Virus record (IMG/VR): IMGVR_UViG_3300028415_000003
Location: 6,814 to 70,813 of that record
Direction: 5' to 3' (one strand)
Origin: a virus
DNA: 64,000 nt
The translations under genes were made by a program, and so were the position numbers. This document shows positions 1 to 10,735 of the stretch, piece after piece; position 1 is the stretch's first letter; each line of letters starts with the position of its first letter. The notes below the pieces were generated by a model. It searched no databases and had not been told where the DNA came from. It was given only the letters and a program-made list of their open reading frames with translations.

Positions 1-3
1 AAT

Positions 4-432
4 TTGCGCGACTCTCTTAAAGACAAGAAAACGCAAATACAAAGCGAAAGTGAACAGGAATCCATTGATCGTTTTTGCAAAAGCACATTAGGAACTGTCA
101 TTCCTAAAATAAAATCAATTGACAGCATTCCTGTCATTGCGATAAAAAAAGCTAACGAACTTATTGCCGAAAGGCATCATTATAAAGAATTGTTTGAAAG
201 ACAAAAAGATAAAGTAACTTTGCTTGAAGGAATCGCTTCAAACAATGCTTTTATTATTAAGCAAAAAAACAAAATAATTAAAACTATTGAACAGCGTAAT
301 TCCCATCTAAAATTCAATCTCGAAGCACAAGAAAAGCATTATAAAGAAAGGCTTCGCAAAGAAAATCTCAGAAATAAGATCAAGCTCGGAGTTGTGTCCG
401 GATTAGCTGCGTTAATAATCATCTTTGGATAA
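4..432 (+). CDS. Coiled-coil protein with C-terminal hydrophobic segment (possibly lysis/spanin-like); probably 5'-truncated by the window edge
   Basis: ORF abuts the terminase start; C-terminal LGVVSGLAALIIIFG is a TM-like helix. Function is inference only. Confidence 0.35.
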   Translation: MRDSLKDKKTQIQSESEQESIDRFCKSTLGTVIPKIKSIDSIPVIAIKKANELIAERHHYKELFERQKDKVTLLEGIASNNAFIIKQKNKIIKTIEQRNSHLKFNLEAQEKHYKERLRKENLRNKIKLGVVSGLAALIIIFG

Positions 433-2370
433 ATGTTTGTAAACGTCAACGAGTTTAGTCCTGTTCCAAAAAACGGTTACCCAGACATTAATAGTGTCGA
501 GTTTGAACAGTTTTGGCAAGAACAATTAGAGTATGTTAAAAATGGTTTTAGCGTAGGTGGGCAAACTATCTCTGGAGATCACTACTGGTATTTAAATTTT
601 TGGAAGATACGTGGGTATGATTATAAGAAAGGCCGAAAATCCATTATAAGCCCACGATTTCTCGATATTGATTATGAATACTTTTCATTGCTTGACCGTG
701 CAAGGAGAGCAGGAAAAAATCTAATTGTACTTAAACCCCGTCAGCGCGGATTCTCATCAAAAAATGCGGCAATAATAGGCAAAGAATTTAGCTTGTTTCC
801 AGGTTCACAATCCATCATCGTTGCAGGATTGGAAACATATACCATAAATACAATGGGTTTTGTTCTTCGTGGATTGAACGACCTTGCCGAAACTGAGTTC
901 TATAAGCGAAGAGATCCTAATCAGAGCGACTATATCAAAGCTTCTTATACCGATATTTATATTGATGAATATGGAAATAAGAAAAGCGTAGTAAAAGGGT
1001 ATCAATCCGAAGTGGAAGCTATTACTGCTAAGAATAACCCACAGGCTGTATCAGGTAAATCACCTTCATTTATCTTATTCGAAGAGGCCGGTATATTTCA
1101 GCAGCTTAAAAAGGCATATGGATATGTCAAACCTTCCCTTGTTACTGAAAACCAAATAACTTCAGGTATAGCTATATTTCAGGGTACTGGTGGAGAAATG
1201 TCACAAGGTGCTGAAGAGTTTGAATACATCTATTATAATCCAGACGAGTTTAATGCGCTTTCCTTTGACCTTACGGAGTTCGATTCTGAAGCAGAGCCAG
1301 GCGTTAAATGTGGTTATTTCTTCCCTGGTTGGAAGTATAAAATTATCGACACCAATGGCAATTCGCTTAAAGAAGAATCACTTAAGCAGATTGAGAAAGA
1401 ACGTTTGCTTGTAAAAGGTGGCGACACTGAATTTGAAACGATTATTGCCGATCCATTAAATCCTGCTGATTCCTTTCTTCGCCGTTCAGGTGGCTTTTTC
1501 TCTAAAAGTCTTGTAGCAAGCATGAACGGCCTTAAAAACAACATTCAAAAAACAAAGAATCTTCAAGTTGCCCAAAAAGGAAGACTTGAATGGGTATATA
1601 AGAAAAAAGAACGTGACGGTCGTGAGATAAAAATTATTAACGGTGTTGAATTTGTTCCTGATGATGATGGCTTTTTTGAGCTAATAGAACGCCCTGCTAT
1701 TGATCCGAATACAGGCAAAACCAAAGAAGGGTTGTATAAAATCGGTATTGACAGTTACGATAAGGACGAGGCAAACAGTAGTGATTCCAAGCTCTCTGTT
1801 TCCGTTTTTAAGGCTTATGAAAGTATCATGGTCGAAAACAACAATTCCTTCATTGCTCAATTATTTGTTCGTCCTGACGTAAATGAGGGGGGGGCTGAGA
1901 AGGCTTATGAAGAAGCAGCTAAAGTTTGCATGTATTTTAATAATAAAGCTCTTATTGAATGGTCGAATATCCGAATATTCAACTGGTTTAAAACTCATGG
2001 GTTTGAAAAATTCCTTCGTGAACGTCCTGACTTTGTGCTTTCCAATTGGATTCAAAACTCTACAGTTAACAACAGATACGGGGTAGACCCTTCAACAAAA
2101 GAGGACTGGCTTTTTGAATTGAATGATTACCTGATTAAGAATTGGGAAAAACTCAGAATCTTAAGGCAGATAAACGCATTCATATTCTTCAAGCTTAATC
2201 CTAAATACAATTGCGATATCACAATATCATCTTCTCTTGCGATTGTACAAGCCAAGGAAGACATGCTTAACAGAATAAATGAAACTTCTGAATCCGATAC
2301 GAAAACCGATGATTGGATTGAAAGTGGCAGATTGAAAGAGGACGTGCATGGTAACATCATTTTAAACTAA
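433..2370 (+). CDS. terL: Terminase large subunit (crAss-like)
   Basis: Walker A-like LKPRQRGFS, Walker B ILFEEAG, motif III GTGG, RNase H nuclease GIDSYD; N-terminal 'GDHYWYLNF' resembles crAss-like TerL; directly upstream of portal. Confidence 0.93.
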   Translation: MFVNVNEFSPVPKNGYPDINSVEFEQFWQEQLEYVKNGFSVGGQTISGDHYWYLNFWKIRGYDYKKGRKSIISPRFLDIDYEYFSLLDRARRAGKNLIVLKPRQRGFSSKNAAIIGKEFSLFPGSQSIIVAGLETYTINTMGFVLRGLNDLAETEFYKRRDPNQSDYIKASYTDIYIDEYGNKKSVVKGYQSEVEAITAKNNPQAVSGKSPSFILFEEAGIFQQLKKAYGYVKPSLVTENQITSGIAIFQGTGGEMSQGAEEFEYIYYNPDEFNALSFDLTEFDSEAEPGVKCGYFFPGWKYKIIDTNGNSLKEESLKQIEKERLLVKGGDTEFETIIADPLNPADSFLRRSGGFFSKSLVASMNGLKNNIQKTKNLQVAQKGRLEWVYKKKERDGREIKIINGVEFVPDDDGFFELIERPAIDPNTGKTKEGLYKIGIDSYDKDEANSSDSKLSVSVFKAYESIMVENNNSFIAQLFVRPDVNEGGAEKAYEEAAKVCMYFNNKALIEWSNIRIFNWFKTHGFEKFLRERPDFVLSNWIQNSTVNNRYGVDPSTKEDWLFELNDYLIKNWEKLRILRQINAFIFFKLNPKYNCDITISSSLAIVQAKEDMLNRINETSESDTKTDDWIESGRLKEDVHGNIILN

Positions 2371-2376
2371 CGAATT

Positions 2377-4914
2377 ATGAAAAATCATTTTTTTAACGAT
2401 TTGATCGCTCCTGAAAAAAAGAACCAAGAGTGGGTAAGAGGTAAAGCCTTGCAAATCATGAATGTAGCACAAAGTTCTTCACACCTTAAACAGAGAGACT
2501 ATATTTGTTTTAAGTATTACAATGAAGAGTTTGCTGATGATGAGTCTTTTGATTACTTAAGAAAGTATGACAGCTATGTTATGCCTGCAAAAATCCGTTG
2601 GGTACCATTGGTTCGTCCAAGACTGCAAAGGCTGATATCTGAACTCTCACTTGTTCCTTTTAAGTATGATGTTCTACTTGCTGACAGCGAATCGCTTTTA
2701 AGAAAACATGACCGCATTATCAATGCTGTTCTCGATGAAATGGAGTTACAGATTCGTAATAATGCTCAGCAGATAACTACGCTTATTGGCGATATCAACA
2801 ACAAAAAAGCACAGCTACAGCAAGCATTACAACAAAAAAACATGCCGCCTGAAAAAATGCAAGAATTGCGTATGGTAGTTGCCCAAAAGGAACAGGAGTA
2901 CAGCGAAACCCTGCAGGGACTTAACTATCATCAAGGTATTAATTCAGAGCGATTAAATGCTGTTGAGAAAGCTCAGAAGTACGATTTTAAGGAAATGGAA
3001 GAAGTAGCAATGAAGAAGATTATCAAGGCCAACAATCAGAGATATAATCTTCATGCTGAAACAGTAAAAGCTTTCACAAACAAGCTTATCAGCCAAGAGC
3101 TTTATTATGTCAATTATAGAGAAGGAGAGAAAGACCCCACCTTTAAAGCTGATAATCCTATGCAGGTATTTTGGGATAACAACAGCGACAATGAATGGAT
3201 TCAGCATGGCCGATGGGTAGCTCGTAAAGAATATTACTCACGAGAACAGATATATGACTTGTGGGGTGATCAAATGAATTCAGAGGACATAAGAGAACTC
3301 ACAAACCTTCCTTCCTCTCAGTATGAAAGTCCGAATGCTTTAATGGCTACCCCGAATGGAGCTATAGATACTGGCTACTTTGGAAGTAAAAGTAAAACGC
3401 AGGGAGTGCCTGTATGGTTTGTTTACTATCGCTCTCCAAGAAAGGTTAGGTTTAAGAAGTCACCTAATAAACACCTTCCTGAACGTCCGTTCACACATGT
3501 CATGAAGGACGAGGAAAAAGTAAAAACACAGAAAGGTGAAAAAGAAATAGTTCGTTATCCGGATGATATGTATCAGGCAACGATCATCAATGGAAAAATC
3601 ATTGTTGATGATGGCCTTTCTCCTTGTCAGGTAAGATCTCAGGATAATCCGGGGAGAGTGGAACTACCTATAATCGGAAAAAGCTTTAACGAAACGAATA
3701 AAGCTCCATATAGCATTATCTGGTCTACAAAAGATTTGCAGATTCAATATAATCTTGTCAATTATCACAAAGAATTGATGCTTGCCCTGGGCGGTGTTCG
3801 CGGTATTGTTATGGACTTGTCTCAAAAGCCCACAGCAATGTCAAAAGCAGAATGGTTTTATGACTTTAAGCGTGGCGTAGCATGGATTCAGAGTAAGGAT
3901 AAGAATGGCCGTTCAGCGCAGTTTAATCAATTCAAGACATTTGACAATAGCGTTTCTCCGGCCATCCAGTACCTTGATAATATCATGGAAAACATTCGAA
4001 CAATTGTCGGTGATGTGACCGGTGTTACAAGGCAACGGATGGGTGACGTAGTGGATTCTGATCAAGTAGGCACTTCTAACATGGCTCTGCAGCAATCATC
4101 CATGACAACGCAAATTCTATATTATGAACATGAAGAAGTTACCGAAAAGGCATTAACCAGATATGCAAATATTGGTAAAGACAGCGCATGGAAAGAAGGC
4201 CGGATTGATCACTTCATAAATACGGACACCAAGCAGCAGGAGATTATTCGTATTCCTAAGCAGATTGGCGAAGGGAAAGACTTCCTTATTTCAATGGGTA
4301 ATTTATCCAAAGAATACAAAAACCTTCAGGAGATAAAGCAATTGGCGTTTCGTTCCGGAGCGGCTAAGCACATGACCATGTCTCAAATATCAAAGATGTA
4401 CCGTATTGAAGACATTATTGAACTTGAAAAGACACTGGAAGAGTTTGAGGAAAAAGCCGCTGAACTTGCTCAACAAGCTAATATATCTGAAGAAGAAGCT
4501 AAGGCTGAAATGGCTATGCAGAAGATCAAATTCGAGAAGGAATACGATCTTAAGATTCAGCAGCAAGCGAATAATATGAAAGAGTACCAGCTTAAGTTGA
4601 AAGAGAAAGAACTTGAAATCAAGAAAACTGAAATCATTGCTTCTATTGAGCAGAAACAACTTGAAATGCAAGTTAATGCAAATCTTAAGGTTGCTAAAAT
4701 AGAAAGTGAAAGCGAAGTTGAGCAGGCGTACCTACAAGAGAAGAGCAGGGCAAATCAAGCCATGGAAGGTCTTAATAAGCTAAAACTGAAACTTGAAGCT
4801 ATCCAAACAGAGATACAGGCTGTGAATGATGAAGAGAAAAGAGTCAGCAATGAAAAAGTAAAGTTTAGCTCAAACAAGCAAGGCGGTAGTAAAGAACATA
4901 TAAATGACAACTAA
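2377..4914 (+). CDS. Portal protein
   Basis: 845 aa following TerL; 'VTGVTRQRMG...VG' portal-like segment; long C-terminal coiled coil as in crAss-like/podoviral portals. Confidence 0.88.
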   Translation: MKNHFFNDLIAPEKKNQEWVRGKALQIMNVAQSSSHLKQRDYICFKYYNEEFADDESFDYLRKYDSYVMPAKIRWVPLVRPRLQRLISELSLVPFKYDVLLADSESLLRKHDRIINAVLDEMELQIRNNAQQITTLIGDINNKKAQLQQALQQKNMPPEKMQELRMVVAQKEQEYSETLQGLNYHQGINSERLNAVEKAQKYDFKEMEEVAMKKIIKANNQRYNLHAETVKAFTNKLISQELYYVNYREGEKDPTFKADNPMQVFWDNNSDNEWIQHGRWVARKEYYSREQIYDLWGDQMNSEDIRELTNLPSSQYESPNALMATPNGAIDTGYFGSKSKTQGVPVWFVYYRSPRKVRFKKSPNKHLPERPFTHVMKDEEKVKTQKGEKEIVRYPDDMYQATIINGKIIVDDGLSPCQVRSQDNPGRVELPIIGKSFNETNKAPYSIIWSTKDLQIQYNLVNYHKELMLALGGVRGIVMDLSQKPTAMSKAEWFYDFKRGVAWIQSKDKNGRSAQFNQFKTFDNSVSPAIQYLDNIMENIRTIVGDVTGVTRQRMGDVVDSDQVGTSNMALQQSSMTTQILYYEHEEVTEKALTRYANIGKDSAWKEGRIDHFINTDTKQQEIIRIPKQIGEGKDFLISMGNLSKEYKNLQEIKQLAFRSGAAKHMTMSQISKMYRIEDIIELEKTLEEFEEKAAELAQQANISEEEAKAEMAMQKIKFEKEYDLKIQQQANNMKEYQLKLKEKELEIKKTEIIASIEQKQLEMQVNANLKVAKIESESEVEQAYLQEKSRANQAMEGLNKLKLKLEAIQTEIQAVNDEEKRVSNEKVKFSSNKQGGSKEHINDN

Positions 4915-4961
4915 CTAAATGTACTTTTCAAAATATTTTAATCCGAGATAATTAGTGAGTT

Positions 4962-6017
4962 ATGACAACAAAAAGCACAGAGCAAAATCCATCTGCATTC
5001 GCAAGCCCAGAGGGGCAGTACGAGTCTAGCACAACTAATCCACCGACTGATCCAGTGAACGATCCACCGGTAGACCCATCAGCAAGTGATCTGCCAGTAG
5101 ACCCACAGGAAGGCGATCCTCCAACGGATGATACTCCTGTAGAAGATACACCGGAAGGATTAGATTATAATACGCTTTTCAATAAAGCAGCAGAAAAAAT
5201 TGGCGTAAAAGCTCCCGAAAAAATTGAGAAGGATATCGATAAGTTTCTTGATTTTGTCACTACAAATGCAAAGCAGGGAAGTGACGAAAATCAGAACGAC
5301 GATCTTCATCCGGAAGCCAAACGCTTTAACGAAGCTTTAAAGGCTGGTTCTAAACCGGAAGATTACTTTAAGGCATATCAAGAATCTTCAGCAGAATTAA
5401 ACCTCCCTGATGATCAATTCATGTTTAACTATCTCAAAAATCAAAACGGTAAAACCGAAGAAAATGAGAATGGTTGGAGCGATGAAGACATTGAGGAAAG
5501 GGTAAATCGAATGAAGGAAAGTGGCGTTCTCGAGACTCAATCTTACGACAAAAAACAAACTCGTAAGCAAGAGATTGAACAAGAACGCACCGCGCAACAA
5601 GAGGCGGCTGACAATGAAAAAACGACCAATGAGAATAATGTCAAAGCCGAGCAGAAAAAGGCTTATGACACGCTTATGGAGGAAGTTGATAAAATCGACA
5701 CTATTGGCGGCATGAAAGTCGCTCCGGAAGACCATAAGGAATTCAAAAAGGTTTTTTCGAATTTGTTGGAGCCTGTGTCTGAAGAAAGCGATGTTCGCTC
5801 TTTAGATATGTTGCTACATAACAACAACGAGCTTTATAAGATGCTGTATATGTACTATAACGGTACAGACAAATTCAATAAGGCTCTTACAGAAGCTAAA
5901 GAAGATGTAAAAAACCAGTTTGTTAAAAAACTAAATCTTAATCCCGATGTAGGCTCCGGCCAATCTCAAAAACCAAATACAGTTGATGTTTCAAAATTTG
6001 CTTCGCCAGAAAAATAA
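4962..6017 (+). CDS. Putative capsid scaffolding protein
   Basis: Acidic, Pro/Asp-rich N-terminus and helical body; lies between portal and MCP. Confidence 0.65.
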   Translation: MTTKSTEQNPSAFASPEGQYESSTTNPPTDPVNDPPVDPSASDLPVDPQEGDPPTDDTPVEDTPEGLDYNTLFNKAAEKIGVKAPEKIEKDIDKFLDFVTTNAKQGSDENQNDDLHPEAKRFNEALKAGSKPEDYFKAYQESSAELNLPDDQFMFNYLKNQNGKTEENENGWSDEDIEERVNRMKESGVLETQSYDKKQTRKQEIEQERTAQQEAADNEKTTNENNVKAEQKKAYDTLMEEVDKIDTIGGMKVAPEDHKEFKKVFSNLLEPVSEESDVRSLDMLLHNNNELYKMLYMYYNGTDKFNKALTEAKEDVKNQFVKKLNLNPDVGSGQSQKPNTVDVSKFASPEK

Positions 6018-6048
6018 ATAATTATTAATCATTTAAAAACAACTGTAA

Positions 6049-7470
6049 ATGAAACTTTTAACAGGTAATATGCAGGGGTGGGCAAACGAATCTACCACCT
6101 CAAACCACTTATTGACATTAGGTATTTCTGAACCTGAAGTATTGAATCAGGCAGCCACACTTTTTCAGCAAGAATATACTCCTCTCTCTTCATTCCTTGC
6201 AAACAAAGGTTATACCGCTAAAGGGTTGACTCCAGGGTACGAGTCTAAAAACTACCGCGTAGTTGGTAACCGAAAAGTAATGTGGCCGGTAAAAGGATCG
6301 AGCAAGCGTAAAGGGCGTGTAACACGCTTTGAAGCTGATCACGAATCAACTCCCGGTATTCATGGCGAACTCGTTAAGATTTACACCGATACCGATTGGT
6401 TTTCTCCTTATGATACGCTTGAACTTGCAGACAACCGTACGATTGTAACGATTGTTGACGACAAGCTTCCTGACGAAGTAGAGCCTGGAGAATGGCTGTA
6501 TTACTGCAAAATGAACCGTGATTCAGAAGCGGAATACGTTGATCCTGAACTTCTTGTTGATGGTGCCGAAATTGGCTTCGCTTATACCAACTTTTATGAA
6601 GGTTCTGAGACAGCTTACGAGAAGTATACCGGTCATAATTGGGCTGCAAGTTACATGACTATTCAGCGTATGAAATGGTCTATAACTGGTACTGCTGCTG
6701 AAATGAAGACTGGTAAGTATTGGGTTGAGCACAATGGCGAAAAAGCCTGGGTAACTTATGCTGAAATGGAAATGCTTCAGCGTTGGGCTGCAGCTCGTGA
6801 ATTCCAAATCACTCGCGGTAAAGGAACAGTTTCTGAAAAAGATACTGTAATGCTTCGTGACCTTAAAGGTCGTGACATTGTTGCCGGTTCAGGTATAACT
6901 AATATTGGTGACGGATCACTTCGTTACCCAATGAATGAGTTGACAATGAACGTGGTTGACAACACCATGTCAAACATGCACATCTTCAGCTCTAACGAGG
7001 GTAAACTTGAAATGACTGTCCTTGCTGGTAAACGTTATCTCGACACTTTCAGTCGCCTGATGCGTAAAGAGGCCGGTGTCGATCCTCACGTTGTTGAGGG
7101 AACCGGATCTGAAAAAGGTATCAATGCCACTTATTCATTCTATGAATTTAACGGTATTCGTATCTATCCTATATACGCAAAGTATATGGATGACAGTTCT
7201 CGTCCTTCTCGTTACAACCAAACGAAAGGCTACCGTAAAGCTTCCAATTCAGCTATTTGGATGTCTACTGGTAATTCCAATATCGGAGCCCCTAACATTG
7301 AGTTAATTGCACTTGGAGATCGTTCATTCAAGAAAGGTACTGTAAGTGGTATCGATGAAGGTGGCGATCAAATGAAAACATCTGTGGATGGTAGTCACAC
7401 TCACGTGCTGTCTGAAACGGGTATCATCTGCCGTGACATGTTCGGTATTTCTGAACACTATGAACGATAG
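6049..7470 (+). CDS. Major capsid protein (crAss-like)
   Basis: 473 aa; position after scaffold; highly-expressed-type codon bias (CGT, GGT); C-terminal 'SVDGSHTHVLSETGI' resembles crAss-like MCP ends. Confidence 0.85.
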   Translation: MKLLTGNMQGWANESTTSNHLLTLGISEPEVLNQAATLFQQEYTPLSSFLANKGYTAKGLTPGYESKNYRVVGNRKVMWPVKGSSKRKGRVTRFEADHESTPGIHGELVKIYTDTDWFSPYDTLELADNRTIVTIVDDKLPDEVEPGEWLYYCKMNRDSEAEYVDPELLVDGAEIGFAYTNFYEGSETAYEKYTGHNWAASYMTIQRMKWSITGTAAEMKTGKYWVEHNGEKAWVTYAEMEMLQRWAAAREFQITRGKGTVSEKDTVMLRDLKGRDIVAGSGITNIGDGSLRYPMNELTMNVVDNTMSNMHIFSSNEGKLEMTVLAGKRYLDTFSRLMRKEAGVDPHVVEGTGSEKGINATYSFYEFNGIRIYPIYAKYMDDSSRPSRYNQTKGYRKASNSAIWMSTGNSNIGAPNIELIALGDRSFKKGTVSGIDEGGDQMKTSVDGSHTHVLSETGIICRDMFGISEHYER

Positions 7471-7495
7471 TATTCACCAACAAAAATAAAATTAA

Positions 7496-8194
7496 ATGTA
7501 TATTTTAAAATCGTTAAGGGCTAAATACAAAACATCTCCATGGTTCACCGTGCCTTACATAGACAATAGCAGCAAAGCCCTGACAGGTCAACACGACATG
7601 TCAAAGCAGGAACTTAGTAAACAACCTTATTTGATTGAGGCAACTACGCAATACCCTTTAAGCCATAACGAATCTTTAGACGAAAAGATTCCAGAGCAAA
7701 AACTAAAGCTTGAGATGATAAAACACTTGCCGGAAGTTGCACCGAGCCAATCAAAAGCAGATCCTGTAAAGCATCTTTTCTTTCTGTACAATGCAGAAGA
7801 AGTAGCTGATGAAGTTGTGTCTTCATATGAAAAAAAGTCCAAAGCAATGAAAGTTGTAGAGGATAACAGTTCAAATGCAGGTTTCCGTGACCTTGGATTT
7901 TTCCTTGGTATCGATCCTCGCAGACACGTTACAAAAGTGCTTAAGAAGATGGTTTATCAGGAAGCTGACAATAACCCTGAACGGGTATTGGCTTTCACCG
8001 ATAAAGGTTCTGCAAAGTACCTTTTTGTCCGTAAGATTGTCAAAACAGGTATTGTTCGACACAGCAATAATGGATATTACTTCGGCGAAGTCCTTTTAGG
8101 ATATGGAGAGTCTGAGGTAGTAGCCTATATTGAAAACGAGAAGAACACTGAAATAAAAGAGCGCCTTGGGGCACTTCTCAGGGAAGAAGAATAA
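7496..8194 (+). CDS. Conserved crAss-like protein encoded downstream of MCP
   Basis: Synteny and size; C-terminal 'GYYFGEVLLG...VVAYI' segment resembles this conserved family. Confidence 0.55.
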   Translation: MYILKSLRAKYKTSPWFTVPYIDNSSKALTGQHDMSKQELSKQPYLIEATTQYPLSHNESLDEKIPEQKLKLEMIKHLPEVAPSQSKADPVKHLFFLYNAEEVADEVVSSYEKKSKAMKVVEDNSSNAGFRDLGFFLGIDPRRHVTKVLKKMVYQEADNNPERVLAFTDKGSAKYLFVRKIVKTGIVRHSNNGYYFGEVLLGYGESEVVAYIENEKNTEIKERLGALLREEE

Positions 8195-8896
8195 ATGACA
8201 ACACAAGAAACATATCGATTATTTTTAGAGAGTATTAGAAAGGGAAGGACACGATCCTTTCCTCCTGATCTCTTTAATCCTTTTATCAATAAGGTGGCCC
8301 GTGAATGGCTGAAAGGAAAAGTAAATGAATTTCAGCAGAACGGAAAGCGTATTGATGATATCGATTTGCTTTATGTCAAAACAGATGGTGTCGATGGTTA
8401 TCCGGCAATAGAGATTACTAGTTACATAAATAATGTTTCTGTTTTTGATTTCCCTGGCATACAAAGCCAATTGATCAATAAAATACCTCACGCAGAAATT
8501 GGCGGATCGTTATATCCTTTGTCTTTCCGACTAATTAAGGTTATTGCGAATTTAAACGGTAAGCCAGTTGAGTGCCAGTATTTAGACAGTCACAAAACGC
8601 TTGAAAATAAATATCAGAAGCTTTCTGAAAATATTGTTTATTACGAGCTGAGCAAAAAGAAGATACGCATCTATGCGACGGATCGCGTACCTTCAATTGT
8701 TCTTAATTATGTCAGGCAGCCACGTCCTTATTTCTTTGATATTTCTAATGTAAATGATCATATAGCATTTGAGTACGGGGATGAACAGGTCGATGAAATC
8801 ATTGATAATGCTGTTAGAGTATTTCTTGAACGAAACACAGATCAGCGCTATCAAACTTTCTTGAATGAAGAAAAAATTAAATCAGTAAATAATTAA
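8195..8896 (+). CDS. Tail ring/adaptor protein
   Basis: ~230 aa; 'LNYVRQP...EIIDNAV' pattern typical of crAss-like ring proteins; synteny. Confidence 0.6.
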   Translation: MTTQETYRLFLESIRKGRTRSFPPDLFNPFINKVAREWLKGKVNEFQQNGKRIDDIDLLYVKTDGVDGYPAIEITSYINNVSVFDFPGIQSQLINKIPHAEIGGSLYPLSFRLIKVIANLNGKPVECQYLDSHKTLENKYQKLSENIVYYELSKKKIRIYATDRVPSIVLNYVRQPRPYFFDISNVNDHIAFEYGDEQVDEIIDNAVRVFLERNTDQRYQTFLNEEKIKSVNN

Positions 8897-8908
8897 AAAA
8901 ATAGTAAA

Positions 8909-9976
8909 ATGGGAAACTTAGTAAGAAACACAAATCGTCTGCTTATCAATAGTGATAAAGATCAGTTTGTTGCCGACACAACGAACAATAAGCTTTTTAT
9001 CAAAGATTATGCAGGCTCTATCGAAGCTAACAACGCTTCATATGCAGGGCAAGCAAAAACGGTCCTGAAAGCAGGAAAGAAAACTCCTGTACCTTCAATT
9101 GTTGTTTTGGAAACTGAACCAATGGTTGCTTCACAGCCCATAAGCTTCAGCAATGGAATCAATATTCGCAAGCAAGCAAAATTCAAAGGCTTCCAGGATG
9201 AGATTCCGGAAGTGGCAAAGTACTACGATGGTTATATCGAGCACTGCGCCCCTATCAATGGAGCCACTCTTGCTGACAGTGATCTTGTAAAACTTCGGGA
9301 GAGCATTAAAAGCCTTATCAATGGTGACGTTCATGGCTTTGGCTATGCAGGTATTCCATTGATTTTTGATGTTGGCGATGTGGCTACAGCAACGACCGCA
9401 ACTATCATTATCGGAAGTACCGAAAAAACGTACACAGGAGCGGACACGACGGCATTTGCAAAAGCTGTTAATGACGCTGGCCTTGCTTATGCCGTTGTTT
9501 CTGAAGAAAGCGGCTTAGTTATTATCACTGGTCTGAAAGGTGAAGATATTACTGAAGCTGCTATTCCTGGATACGAGAATCTAAGCTTGAATGCTAGTTA
9601 CACTCGTCCGCTGTATGTCATTGCACGTGAGGAAACTCGTAGGCTGATGATTACACCTGACAATGTTGGGCCTGTTATTCATACTCAAGCAGGAGATTAC
9701 GGATACCTTACCTCACTGGATATGTACCGTCTCTTCTCAATCAAGCCTTATGATTTCTTCTCTCGTCCAAAGGTTCCAATAGAAGATGTGGACTATGTAA
9801 AGTATCGTTTTGAGATTGTCCATGAGGGATATGCACTCGATGGGTTTGGCCATGAAGACAAGGTTCGTGAAAAGATGGAAATCTATCTGGCCGACACCGG
9901 GACTCAGGTTTTCGACTTTGAAACAAAACTCGATACTATTGGTCTATCGCCTATTGGTGATAGTTTTGTAATATAA
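8909..9976 (+). CDS. Putative auxiliary capsid protein
   Basis: 355 aa, Ala/Thr/Gly-rich, followed by a terminator, consistent with a high-copy structural protein; synteny. Confidence 0.5.
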   Translation: MGNLVRNTNRLLINSDKDQFVADTTNNKLFIKDYAGSIEANNASYAGQAKTVLKAGKKTPVPSIVVLETEPMVASQPISFSNGINIRKQAKFKGFQDEIPEVAKYYDGYIEHCAPINGATLADSDLVKLRESIKSLINGDVHGFGYAGIPLIFDVGDVATATTATIIIGSTEKTYTGADTTAFAKAVNDAGLAYAVVSEESGLVIITGLKGEDITEAAIPGYENLSLNASYTRPLYVIAREETRRLMITPDNVGPVIHTQAGDYGYLTSLDMYRLFSIKPYDFFSRPKVPIEDVDYVKYRFEIVHEGYALDGFGHEDKVREKMEIYLADTGTQVFDFETKLDTIGLSPIGDSFVI

Positions 9977-9988
9977 TCAAAACTATTT

Positions 9989-10005
9989 GTGGGTGGGTAG
10001 TTCAC
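9989..10005 (+). repeat. Solo IS200/IS605 right-end motif GTGGGTGGGTAGTTCAC
   Basis: Identical to 62396-62412; near-identical to 59214-59230 and to the tnpB element right end (GTGTGGGTAGTTCAC on the - strand ending at 48425). Confidence 0.7.
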
Positions 10006-10038
10006 AATTAGTTAGGATGATAGTTCAATAAATGATCA

Positions 10039-10072
10039 GAAGGGAGGGGTCGATTGATCTCTCTTTTTTTTT
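10039..10072 (+). terminator. Rho-independent terminator after capsid operon
   Basis: GGGAGGGGTC-GATT-GATCTCTCT stem-loop (G-U pairs) followed by a T run. Confidence 0.7.
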
Positions 10073-10087
10073 AAATAACTCAGAAGC

Positions 10088-10735
10088 ATGGAAGAAGTCA
10101 AAACGCTTAATGATATAGTAGATTCGATTGAGTATTCTCTTTCAAACTATCAGGTAAATGGAGATTTCCGGATTACAAAAGAATTTATACGTGATAAGGT
10201 TCTTGATGTTAGAACGGCAATAATCCGCGAACTCAAAAACAGAAAGCGAAGGATTCCTTCAGAATTTTATCAGGAAAACGTTTTCAATGTATCTCTCGGT
10301 CCTGACATGAAATTTATACGGGAAAACATTGAAGCAACCGTTCAGCTTCATGAGATAGTACATAGTCTGGGCAATGAAAACATTGTTTATTTTGGCGCAA
10401 AAAACTTCAGAAGAAAATTTGACAGACACTCGATGGAAGGCCTTTTAACTTTAGAACATTCAGAATATGTTAATACGCGGCCAAGCTATGCGACATTGGG
10501 CAGTAAAGCTTATATTAAAAATATGCCAACCGCAGGAATGAAGAGTGTTTCTGTCGTAGCTGTATGGGCTAATCCTGAGAAGGACAAACCCTTTCCGATA
10601 TCAAGAGACTATAAGATTGAAGTTATGGTCAAGAAAGATATCCTAAGCTCTTTTGGTATCCGAATAGATGAATCAAAAGATGAACTTGATCTGACAGGCC
10701 GAGGACAACAGCAGCAAAAAACTCAGCAACAATGA
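10088..10735 (+). CDS. Tail ring/adaptor protein
   Basis: 215 aa; 'VSVVAVWANP...FPI' ending resembles crAss-like ring proteins; synteny. Confidence 0.55.
   Translation: MEEVKTLNDIVDSIEYSLSNYQVNGDFRITKEFIRDKVLDVRTAIIRELKNRKRRIPSEFYQENVFNVSLGPDMKFIRENIEATVQLHEIVHSLGNENIVYFGAKNFRRKFDRHSMEGLLTLEHSEYVNTRPSYATLGSKAYIKNMPTAGMKSVSVVAVWANPEKDKPFPISRDYKIEVMVKKDILSSFGIRIDESKDELDLTGRGQQQQKTQQQ

Noticed and set aside
433-7470. Introns or inteins in terminase, portal or MCP
   Set aside because: ORFs are continuous with expected sizes, and I saw no intein or homing endonuclease motifs.
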